A stretch of DNA of 64,000 nt from positions 4,798 through 68,797 of the forward strand of contig LDXN01000009.1 of NCBI GenBank assembly GCA_001443445.1. The letters are read 5' to 3'. The stretch comes from Candidatus Dadabacteria bacterium CSP1-2. Its GTDB lineage: Bacteria > Desulfobacterota_D > UBA1144 > Nemesobacterales > CSP1-2. How positions within the stretch are numbered: position 1 is the stretch's first letter; each line of letters begins with the position of its first letter. The translations under genes and the position numbers were made by a program. Of the stretch, positions 1-7,788 are shown one piece after another. Under the pieces are notes generated by a model. It did not search any database, was not told the DNA's origin, and saw only the letters and a list, made by a program, of their open reading frames with translations.

Positions 1-74
1 AAACCTAAAATTTCACTTCGAATATAAAAACTCCCTTGCTTTTTAAAATCCAAATTATATAATAGTACGCCACA

Positions 75-1487
75 ATGAGAGTACTACTTGTTCAACCTCA
101 ACAAGGAACGAGTTTTGGAATAAGTAAGATTGTTACAACAGAACCCCTAGGGCTTGAGTCAATAGCCTCTCCTATGCTCCTTGATGGCCACGATGTCAGA
201 ATTATAGACCTAAAGGTAGAAAAGCCATCTAGATTGGACGAAGAGCTTAAGAAGTTTTCCCCTGAGGTGGTCGGTACAAGCTGTTCCTTTACAACTGATG
301 TTTATCCAACTATTGAGGTAGCAAAACATGTAAAGGGTTTTAACAAGAAGATCTTTGTTTTTATAGGCGGCCACCATGCGTCTCTTTTGCCCTCTGACCT
401 TTTGGTACAATCAGTAGACGCTATAGGTATTGGGGAAGGCGAGATCACTGGCAAGGAGCTTATAAACCAGTTACAAAGGGGTGAGGACCCATCTGAGGTA
501 AAAGGGGTCATGACCCACGCCCATAGAGGTGGTGAGGGTTTTACTCCAAGAGGACTTGCAAAAGATATAAATTCTTTTCCACCACCTGCAAGACACCTGA
601 CAAAAAAACTAAGAAATAGCTACCACATGGCCTTTGATGGCCCAATGGCTGCTCTAGAATCCAGCCGTGGTTGCCCTTTTGACTGTAACTTCTGTAGTGT
701 TTGGGTCTTTTTTGATAGAAAAGCCAGAGTTAAAGCCCCTGAGAAGGCTATGGAAGAGATAGCTGGCATTGAGGAAAAAGAGATATTTCTTACTGACGAT
801 ATAGCATTTGTAAACCGTAAGGAATCAGAAGAACTAGCTCTTCTCCTTAAAGAGAATGGAATTAAAAAATGGTATACATGCGAGACAAGAGCGGATTTAA
901 TAGTGAGAAATAAAGACCTACTTAAACTCTGGAGAGAAGTAGGTCTTAAAACGGTATTTGTTGGAATTGAGAAGATAGATGACGACGGACTAAAGTCAGT
1001 AAACAAAAGATTAAAAGCTACAACCAATGACAAAGCATTAGATATGCTCACTTCCCTTGGTATAAGACCTATCGCTACCTTTATTGTTGACCCGATGTTT
1101 ACAGAAGAGCAATTTGACCGCCTAAAGGAGTATGCTATTGTAAATAACCTAATAGCTCCAACTTATACAATACTTACCCCCCTTCCTGGAACAGAGGTTT
1201 ACGATGAGAGGAAGCATGAGCTAATCACCAAAAATTATCTCATGTACGATCTTCTTCATGCCGTCCTTCCTACAAGGCTTCCTCTCGAACGTTTTTATGA
1301 GAAATTTGCCGATCTTTATAACTCTGGTCACTCAACAACTAAATTCGGGCCCAGGTTCTTTGTGAGAATTCTTAAGAATCTGAGCCGTAAGAACGTTGGA
1401 ATAGCATTTAAAGTCTACAAACTAATGCAGATGATGAGAGACCAAAACCTTTACCTGGAAGCTCATAAATACCTTGAAAAAAACTAA
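75..1487 (+). CDS. B12-binding-domain radical SAM enzyme (class B rSAM), copy 1
   Basis: 470-aa ORF. N-terminal cobalamin-binding-type region (MRVLLVQP...FIGGHHAS) is followed by GCPFDCNFC, a CxxxCxxC radical-SAM cluster motif. Confidence 0.8.
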   Translation: MRVLLVQPQQGTSFGISKIVTTEPLGLESIASPMLLDGHDVRIIDLKVEKPSRLDEELKKFSPEVVGTSCSFTTDVYPTIEVAKHVKGFNKKIFVFIGGHHASLLPSDLLVQSVDAIGIGEGEITGKELINQLQRGEDPSEVKGVMTHAHRGGEGFTPRGLAKDINSFPPPARHLTKKLRNSYHMAFDGPMAALESSRGCPFDCNFCSVWVFFDRKARVKAPEKAMEEIAGIEEKEIFLTDDIAFVNRKESEELALLLKENGIKKWYTCETRADLIVRNKDLLKLWREVGLKTVFVGIEKIDDDGLKSVNKRLKATTNDKALDMLTSLGIRPIATFIVDPMFTEEQFDRLKEYAIVNNLIAPTYTILTPLPGTEVYDERKHELITKNYLMYDLLHAVLPTRLPLERFYEKFADLYNSGHSTTKFGPRFFVRILKNLSRKNVGIAFKVYKLMQMMRDQNLYLEAHKYLEKN

Positions 1488-1503
1488 TTAACAGGAGGTT
1501 GCC

Positions 1504-2925
1504 ATGAGAGTATTACTCATACAGCCCCATCAAGGTACGAACCTTGGGTTAAGTAGGGTTCTAATCACGGAACCCCTCGGACTTGAAAACGTTGCTACCC
1601 CACTCCTCGAAGACTTTCACGACGTAAGAATACTAGACCTAAGAATTGAAAACCTAAAGAAGCTTTCTGAAGAAATCTGCTACTTCGCTCCTCAAGCTGT
1701 TGGAATTAGCTGTTCGTTCACAACCGATGTATACCCTACATTAGATATAGCAAAAAATATAAAAGAGCTTAACCCAAGCACATTTGTATTCGTAGGGGGA
1801 CACCACGCATCACTTCTACCATCAGATCTTTTACAGGATCAGGTGGATGCCGTTGTAATAGGAGAAGGAGAGATTACAACAAATGAAATGATTAACGAAT
1901 TGGATCGTGGCGGAGATGTAAGCAAGGTCAAAGGGGTTATGACAAGAGAGGGCTTCATCCCTAGGGAGATTATAAGAAACCTAGATGAGATGCCACTTCC
2001 TGCAAGGCATCTTACTAAGAGGCTTAGAAGACACTATCACATAGGGTTCGACTGTCCTATGGCCTCTCTAGAGACGAGTAGAGGATGCCCATACGAGTGC
2101 AACTTTTGTAGCGTTTGGGTTTTCTATTCAAGAAAGATAAGAGGAAAATCGCCTGATAAGCTTGCCGAGGAGATAGCAAATGTAAAAGAAAAGTATATTT
2201 TCCTAACAGATGATATTGCCTTTCTCCACAAAGAACCGGCTATAAAGCTTGCTCTCAAACTCAAAGAAATGGGGGTTAAGAAGAGTTTTACATGTGAAAC
2301 AAGAGCTGATATTGTTGTCCGCCACAAAGATGTGATAGAGCTTTGGAAAGAAGTCGGTCTCGATTTTATTTTCCTTGGTCTCGAGAAGATAGATGATGAT
2401 GGGCTAAAATCAGTAAAGAAGCATACAAAAGCAAGCGTCAATGAAAAGGCGCTCGACTTAGTGAAGTCACTCGGAATAAGACCTATGGCTACGTTCATAG
2501 TTGATCCTGAATGGGAAGAAGAAGACTTTGAGAAGCTAAAGAATTATGTAATTAAGCATAAACTATCTACACCCTCATTCACAATCCTTACCCCTCTTCC
2601 AGGAACCGAGATTTACGATGAAAGAAAGAATGATCTTGTAACACTAAACTATCAACTCTTTGATCTACTTCATGTCGTTCTTCCTACAAAACTTCCTCTT
2701 CGTGAATTCTATGCAAGATTCGCTGACCTCTGTCATCAGGGACATAAAAACACAAAACTAGGCTGGGAATTTGTTAATAAGGTTACAATGGGAATGATAC
2801 ATGGAAACCCCTGGGCCGCTGTTAGAATATTTAACGTTGCTAGAATGATGAGAAATCCTGAAACCTATCTCGACGCTCATAAATACCTAGAAGAAGCTCC
2901 ATCGCTTCCTAGCCTCCAGTCCTGA
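1504..2925 (+). CDS. B12-binding-domain radical SAM enzyme, tandem paralogue (copy 2)
   Basis: 473-aa ORF, collinear with copy 1 and roughly 60% identical by eye. Same GCPYECNFC motif. GGAGG lies 6 nt upstream of the ATG, 16 nt after the copy 1 stop. Confidence 0.8.
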   Translation: MRVLLIQPHQGTNLGLSRVLITEPLGLENVATPLLEDFHDVRILDLRIENLKKLSEEICYFAPQAVGISCSFTTDVYPTLDIAKNIKELNPSTFVFVGGHHASLLPSDLLQDQVDAVVIGEGEITTNEMINELDRGGDVSKVKGVMTREGFIPREIIRNLDEMPLPARHLTKRLRRHYHIGFDCPMASLETSRGCPYECNFCSVWVFYSRKIRGKSPDKLAEEIANVKEKYIFLTDDIAFLHKEPAIKLALKLKEMGVKKSFTCETRADIVVRHKDVIELWKEVGLDFIFLGLEKIDDDGLKSVKKHTKASVNEKALDLVKSLGIRPMATFIVDPEWEEEDFEKLKNYVIKHKLSTPSFTILTPLPGTEIYDERKNDLVTLNYQLFDLLHVVLPTKLPLREFYARFADLCHQGHKNTKLGWEFVNKVTMGMIHGNPWAAVRIFNVARMMRNPETYLDAHKYLEEAPSLPSLQS

Positions 2926-3193
2926 GCAATGAATATTGCTTAAACTTTCTAGACCCTTGGGGAAGAGATTAAAAGAGGAGGTCCACTTCGACTTTATAAC
3001 TTTGGTTGTATGTATTCTCCCAATTGCATCCTTAGATTTAATTCTACAGGTTCGAGGTAGAATAATTCAAGCCACTGACTTAGATTACAATTCTTTGGTT
3101 CGGACTTCAGCATAACGTGACAAGCTCAACCGCGCGGTAGCGCGGTCGGCTCCAGCCGCGTGTTAGCCCGCTCTCCGTGATAAGTCAAAATGG

Positions 3194-4021
3194 CTACGAT
3201 AGATTCAACTCCAATATACTCAAGATTCCTGCATCAACGGTTTCGTCGAATTTGCGGGCAAACAAGCCTTGACTCGCGAGCAAGAATTCGGCGTCTTTGG
3301 ATGTAAAGTCCTTCGGACGTAACTTTATTGTTCCCATCGGCACCCACACAATTGTCCTTTTATCGTCGTTCACGATAATTCCCTTGTAGCTAGTGTTCAT
3401 TATTACCGTCTGAAAGAATCCCTCATCAGATATGAAGGTGTACCGATAGAATCTCTTGAACCTTTTGACCTCAGGGCTGTCGCATATATATTCACAGAAC
3501 TTTCTGCTCAAGATCATCCACTGATTTCCGATATAAGGAGTCACACCTCGAAGATACGGTTGCTTGATAGGAGTACGTAGTATCCTGTTGCCAAACTCAA
3601 TAAAGTAGTTCTGTATACGATTTAGTGTCTCAGGACGAACCTTGCTCTGGTTAGCCACGCGGATGAAATCGTTTCCTATATTGCGGCTAAGAAAGTCTTG
3701 GATGTGCGTCTGCGACTTTAGGGGGAAATCCTGTGCGCTAAGGTTTATGAAGAATTCCCATTCCGAGCTGATCTTCAATAACTCCTCGATGCCTCGCAAT
3801 TCAGCATCTACTATGCTGTATCCCCCCCAAAGAATGCTTTGGCTTTTCAGCAAGGATGCGTTGGCAAAGCTTGACAAGAAATCTTGTATCTCCGTCTGTA
3901 ATCCAACGCCTGACCTCTTGTCCACATGTACCAAGTAGTAGTTGGCGGGATGGTAAATTGCCCTAAAGAGTCTTTTGAACTGGCGGGGATACCGATGCAC
4001 CAAGATGAGGTATGCGATCAT
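3194..4021 (-). CDS. GT14-type (core-2/I-branching-like) glycosyltransferase
   Basis: 275-aa ORF. The N-terminus IAYLILVHRYPRQFKRLFRAIYHPANYYLVHVDKRS is the typical opening of the branching-enzyme (GT14) family. Confidence 0.65.
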   Translation of the reverse strand: MIAYLILVHRYPRQFKRLFRAIYHPANYYLVHVDKRSGVGLQTEIQDFLSSFANASLLKSQSILWGGYSIVDAELRGIEELLKISSEWEFFINLSAQDFPLKSQTHIQDFLSRNIGNDFIRVANQSKVRPETLNRIQNYFIEFGNRILRTPIKQPYLRGVTPYIGNQWMILSRKFCEYICDSPEVKRFKRFYRYTFISDEGFFQTVIMNTSYKGIIVNDDKRTIVWVPMGTIKLRPKDFTSKDAEFLLASQGLFARKFDETVDAGILSILELNLS

Positions 4022-4046
4022 CTCCTTAACGATCTCCTATAATCTG

Positions 4047-4146
4047 TATCTTCTCAATAATTCGCGGGAAACTAACCCTCCACAGCCTCTTTCACTCGTG
4101 AAAACCGAGGCTACGGGCAACTGTCCCCCCAGTTATTGAGAAGATA
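4047..4146. repeat. 100-nt element with perfect 14-bp terminal inverted repeat and nested inner stems
   Basis: tatcttctcaataa (4047-4060) pairs with ttattgagaagata (4133-4146). An inner stem joins agcctc (4084-4089) and gaggct (4107-4112) around tttcac..gtgaaa. Confidence 0.6.
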
Positions 4147-4513
4147 CTATAAGTTGTATCTCTCGAATTTCTATCATGGCAAGCCTTTCATGGTTAGGAT
4201 ATGGCTATGTCAGAATTATATTCCGAATACGACGGCTTGGCCGAAAAATGGGCGACGCCTTTGCGTACAACGAGCGGGCTAACTACTGATTAGGCGGAAT
4301 TTTTTCCGCCACACACACCCTATACGGAGTGTTATACGGAAATCCTTGCACCTTTTCCCTTGCTTTGGGAGTATACTTAAAGTGTCTCCCTAGTTCAATA
4401 GGCGAATTGCCTCATCAAAAATCTATCTGAAGATGAATCGTTGCCTCACGTAAAAATCTATTTGAAATATATCAAAATAGTCTCCCATAGGAAGAACTCC
4501 GAGGGAGGCACAG

Positions 4514-4651
4514 ATGAGGCTATCCCCGATTAAGTCGGGGATGAAGGAAAGACAATCAGTTACGGCTGTAGTGGCTGCAAGATACAGGAGAACTGGCAAG
4601 AAGGACAAAAAGACAATTCTCAACGAGTTTACACAAGCAACAAAAGATTTA
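4514..4651 (+). pseudogene. N-terminal fragment of an IS transposase, cut off at the RAYT unit
   Basis: KERQSVTAVVAARYRRTGKKDKKTILNEFTQATKD resembles the ...RY.KASKKEK..ILDEF... opening of rve-type IS transposases. Similarity stops where the 23-bp inverted repeat at 4652 begins. Confidence 0.3.
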
Positions 4652-5655
4652 GGGTCAGGCATGCAAATTGACTTAACGTTTCAAGCTACCAATGAGCTTT
4701 GATTCAGTCTTCACATCCCTAGACTCTGCATACCGACCATAAAGCCTACTTATCACAGATGGATCACGACTCAATCTTCTAGCCAACTCCTTGGTCTTAA
4801 TTCCACTCCACTCTCTTCCTAAATAAATCAACATCGATCTAGCCTCCGCTAAGGCTCGATTACGGCCCCTACTAAGTAATAAAGCAGGATCAACCTCATA
4901 CTCCTCTGCTACCACATCAACCAAATCAGAAAAAGGAATCTTCTTCATCCTCCTCTCTATCTCTCTTTCCCCCTCTGTCCTACGATCAACTTCTTCAATA
5001 AACCGCTCGTCCCCCAAGAACCGCTGGTCAATAGTTTCATAGTACTTTTCCTCATGCACTATCCCCCTACCCTCCTTCATAAACCGCAGATATGACCGTC
5101 TCGCCTGCCCTTCTCTCCTTCCAAACTGCCCTAGAATTGAAGGCGTCTCAATTTCTACCGGGGAAACATCACCCATATATGCCCTATGACTGCTCCACTG
5201 ATACTTCCATGGATCTACACTACGCTTCATACGGGCTGGGTTCAGATGTAAGTATCGCACGAGCTCCAATAAATAAGCATCCCGGTCACAAAGAATTGCC
5301 TTGTAACGACCCTGGAACAGATGACCGACCTTGGAATACTTTCGGTTATAATACTGGGTGTAGGTAAACTGAAGTCCCTGCATGAACTTAGAAAGGGGAG
5401 CATCCTTAGTTTCTACAAGAAGATGGACATGATTGGACATTAATATAAAGGCGTAAACGGTAACTCGGTATTTCTTTCGATAATGTTCTAATCGGTTCAG
5501 GTAGGCAAGGTGGTCGGATTTATCATGGAAGATGTTCTGACGTTGATTGCCACGAGATACGACATGATAGAAGGCGCCGGGAAATTCGATTCTGGGCTTT
5601 CTGGCCATGATTGTATTTTAGGATAAAATAATAAGTCAATATGCATGCCTGACCC
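4652..5655 (-). mobile_element. RAYT/IS200-like unit bounded by 23-bp inverted repeats
   Basis: gggtcaggcatgcaaattgactt (4652-4674) matches the reverse complement of aagtcaatatgcatgcctgaccc (5633-5655) at 22/23 positions. The repeats hug the single ORF. Confidence 0.7.
4673..5608 (-). CDS. REP-associated tyrosine transposase (RAYT, IS200-like Y1/HUH) with C-terminal DnaA-C-like HTH
   Basis: 311 aa. The N-terminus RKPRIEFPGAFYHVVSRGNQRQNIF, the HUH motif NHVHLLVET and YLHLNP are RAYT-like. The C-terminal EARSMLIYLGREWSGIKTKELARRLSRDPSVIS resembles DnaA domain IV. Confidence 0.8.
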   Translation of the reverse strand: MARKPRIEFPGAFYHVVSRGNQRQNIFHDKSDHLAYLNRLEHYRKKYRVTVYAFILMSNHVHLLVETKDAPLSKFMQGLQFTYTQYYNRKYSKVGHLFQGRYKAILCDRDAYLLELVRYLHLNPARMKRSVDPWKYQWSSHRAYMGDVSPVEIETPSILGQFGRREGQARRSYLRFMKEGRGIVHEEKYYETIDQRFLGDERFIEEVDRRTEGEREIERRMKKIPFSDLVDVVAEEYEVDPALLLSRGRNRALAEARSMLIYLGREWSGIKTKELARRLSRDPSVISRLYGRYAESRDVKTESKLIGSLKR

Positions 5656-5760
5656 CAATATTCTATGATTGATGTCTTATTAACTCCGCTATTATTCTTC
5701 AAAGAAAGCTGTGCTCAATTTACTGTTGGTCCGACCCCACCCTGCAATTTCAGTTTGAAT

Positions 5761-6411
5761 TTAATAATTTGCTTTAATTTCAGCTTCTACTAATGCTTTT
5801 AATTGATCGTAGCCAAAGCTTGGAAGCGGCTTCCCATTTACAAAAAATTCAGGTGTTTTCCTAACATTGAGAGCTTTAGCATCCGCAAGATCTTGTTCAA
5901 TAAGTTTTACAATTTCAGGATCATTCATATCATTTGCAATTTTTTCCAGATTGAGTCCCGCACTTGGAAGAAATTTCCATATTAATCTAGGTTGTGGATT
6001 ATGTTGACTCGCCCAGTAAGATTGAGATTGAAGCATGACCTCCAAAGTCTCCCAATACTTTCCTTGTCTTTTCGCAGCTTCAAGAATCTTGACAAAATAA
6101 TCCGAGCCATCATGAAAAGGTGCATATCTAATAACGAGTTTTATTTTGCCTGGGTTGGCTCCCATAAGATTCTTAACGTAAGGGTAAAAAGCACTACAGG
6201 TTTCACATGCAGGGTCTAGAAATTCTACGATGTAGACTTTTGCATCATCATTGCCAAGTGTTGGTGAATATTCTCGAACAAACGTTGAAGCGTTTTCCTT
6301 GGCCATAAAGCTAATTTTCTTTGATTGCTGGTTTTTATAGAAATAACCACCAAGCGCAAAGGTAAGTATTAGAAGAATACCTGATAATAAAACGATATAT
6401 TGCTTTTTCAT
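5761..6411 (-). CDS. DsbA/BdbD-family thiol:disulfide oxidoreductase (exported)
   Basis: 216 aa with an N-terminal TM/signal segment and a thioredoxin-fold CETC (CxxC) active site. Overlaps the dsbB-type gene by 4 nt. Confidence 0.8.
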   Translation of the reverse strand: MKKQYIVLLSGILLILTFALGGYFYKNQQSKKISFMAKENASTFVREYSPTLGNDDAKVYIVEFLDPACETCSAFYPYVKNLMGANPGKIKLVIRYAPFHDGSDYFVKILEAAKRQGKYWETLEVMLQSQSYWASQHNPQPRLIWKFLPSAGLNLEKIANDMNDPEIVKLIEQDLADAKALNVRKTPEFFVNGKPLPSFGYDQLKALVEAEIKANY

Positions 6412-6890
6412 TTAGAAAGCCTCCTTTTTAATATAACTAATAATGCTACTATGGTTGAAAATGATATTAACGAAAGCATCTGAATTGTCAAAAAACCAAA
6501 CAAGTCTATGTAGACCTCTGTGCATGAAACGCCTTGACTGCAAGGTTGTACGCTTTCAGGGATAATTCCATAATACAGAAGGTTATGATAAAATGCGAAA
6601 AACGATCCTGCTGAAGCTAAAGGAAGGGCATACTTAACAACGCTTTTATCAAAAGGAAAGAGCCCCACTAACAAAATTATCACCAAGGGGAACATAAAAA
6701 TCCTTTGATACCAACACAAAACACAAGGGGCAAATTGCATTATTGCACTAAAAAAAAAGCTCCCCATTGTTGAGATGCTGGCTATTAGCCAACATAGAAA
6801 AACAATATTCCAGTTTGAATTGGACGTTTGATCTAAGCGAGTCATATTGTTATTCTCCATAATTGAGAAACTCTTGCAAAATGCGTTCAT
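6408..6890 (-). CDS. DsbB/BdbC-family disulfide bond formation membrane protein
   Basis: 160 aa with four hydrophobic segments and the CVLCWYQR motif. The true start is probably an internal Met (MTRLDQ at about 6845). Confidence 0.75.
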   Translation of the reverse strand: MNAFCKSFSIMENNNMTRLDQTSNSNWNIVFLCWLIASISTMGSFFFSAIMQFAPCVLCWYQRIFMFPLVIILLVGLFPFDKSVVKYALPLASAGSFFAFYHNLLYYGIIPESVQPCSQGVSCTEVYIDLFGFLTIQMLSLISFSTIVALLVILKRRLSK

Positions 6891-6988
6891 GCAAGACCTG
6901 ACGTTGTTTTTCGGGCGAACGCTCCTTCAGAACTTCAAGCCATTTGCCTGCCCAGGTTTGGCCATCGCTAATGATTGGCGCCACATAA

Positions 6989-7246
6989 CTATTAATTAGC
7001 CTACAATAATGCAGTATAATATCCGAAAAGGCATGTTACATTGCTAATCGTTGCTTTACCCAATTATTACACATTGAGTACAAATAACCTAATTTCAATT
7101 CAAGAAAAGTAGGAACGGAAAACCGCCAAAAAAGAAACTTCTTAACCTCATATGCGGAGTTATCCAACTAAACCGTACACCCCGATTTATCTAACAGGTA
7201 TATTTAAGAATCAAGGAAAATTTCGGAATGGATAATTTAAAACTTA
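6989..7246 (+). repeat. Diverged upstream copy of the purL leader plus the first 6 purL codons
   Basis: Aligns with 7548-7788. Both share ctattaattagcc at the left end and tatctaacaggtatattta[a/g]gaatcaaggaaa..atggataat[t/c]taaaact at the right end. Confidence 0.75.
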
Positions 7247-7363
7247 CCGCACTTAAAGCCACGCTTCAGCGGCCGCTTGTTAAGCCGCGTCCACTCAGGC
7301 TCAGTGAGTCCATATGTCGAAAGCAATGCCCGCAGGTATGTGCGAAACCCGCAGTTGATCGTG

Positions 7364-7522
7364 CTATTTCTTCTTCGAACGTTCGGCCTTGCTCTTTCGT
7401 TTTATATCACGTCTATGAGCGCGCTCGTACGTCTGTATGTCCACGAACCTGCCCTTCTCATCTCGGACCGCGTAATACTTCTTGCCCGAGCTGCTTCGGT
7501 GAGTCGTCCGCTTGGTTGCCAT
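7364..7522 (-). CDS. Small basic protein (52 aa), unknown function
   Basis: Hand-translated as MATKRTTHRSSSGKKYYAVRDEKGRFVDIQTYERAHRRDIKRKSKAERSKKK. GGAGGG lies 5 nt upstream of the ATG. The patch is locally GC-rich. Below the ORF-track cutoff. Confidence 0.5.
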   Translation of the reverse strand: MATKRTTHRSSSGKKYYAVRDEKGRFVDIQTYERAHRRDIKRKSKAERSKKK

Positions 7523-7547
7523 TCTTCCCTCCTATTGCCATGCCTGG

Positions 7548-7788
7548 CTATTAATTAGCCCGCAATGCCGCAGTACAATATCTCAAAGCGTATGTTATAC
7601 CGCAAATTAAAGTTAACCCGATTGTCACACGTATAATAGAAAAAGTCAATAGAAAAATTAAAAACAGCCCCAAAAAAAGCTTATTGATCCAATACGTGAT
7701 ATTATCTGACTGAGCCATACACTACACCTTATCTAACAGGTATATTTAGGAATCAAGGAAAGTTCCTGAATGGATAATCTAAAACTCG
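7548..7788 (+). repeat. Resident copy of the duplicated purL leader/start region
   Basis: See 6989-7246. This copy is continuous with the real purL ORF. Confidence 0.75.
7551..7718 (-). CDS. Small hydrophobic protein (55 aa, about 2 TM segments), unknown function
   Basis: Hand-translated as MAQSDNITYWINKLFLGLFLIFLLTFSIIRVTIGLTLICGITYALRYCTAALRAN. AAGGTG lies 6 nt upstream. It sits directly upstream of the 52-aa ORF, and a decayed copy is visible inside repeat 6989-7246. Confidence 0.35.
   Translation of the reverse strand: MAQSDNITYWINKLFLGLFLIFLLTFSIIRVTIGLTLICGITYALRYCTAALRAN

Noticed and set aside
3040-3075. tRNA-like GGTTCGAGG T-loop motif
   Set aside because: The putative T stem (tctac/gtaga) encloses a 9-nt loop, and no acceptor, D or anticodon arms can be drawn upstream.
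3031-3144. 37-codon TTG-initiated ORF downstream of the two radical SAM genes as a possible RiPP precursor
   Set aside because: The nearest GGAGG is about 20 nt upstream of the TTG, which is too far. There are no leader or core features, and the sequence overlaps a GC-rich mosaic repeat.
4293-4310. Hairpin ggcgga-attttt-tccgcc as a terminator
   Set aside because: No U-tract follows on either strand, and no gene ends nearby.
7228-7558. Two overlapping plus-strand ORFs (108 and 93 aa) upstream of purL
   Set aside because: The first starts at the duplicated purL ATG (MDNLKL) and then reads antisense through the 52-aa basic ORF. The minus-strand small ORF has the GGAGG RBS and a sensible sequence.
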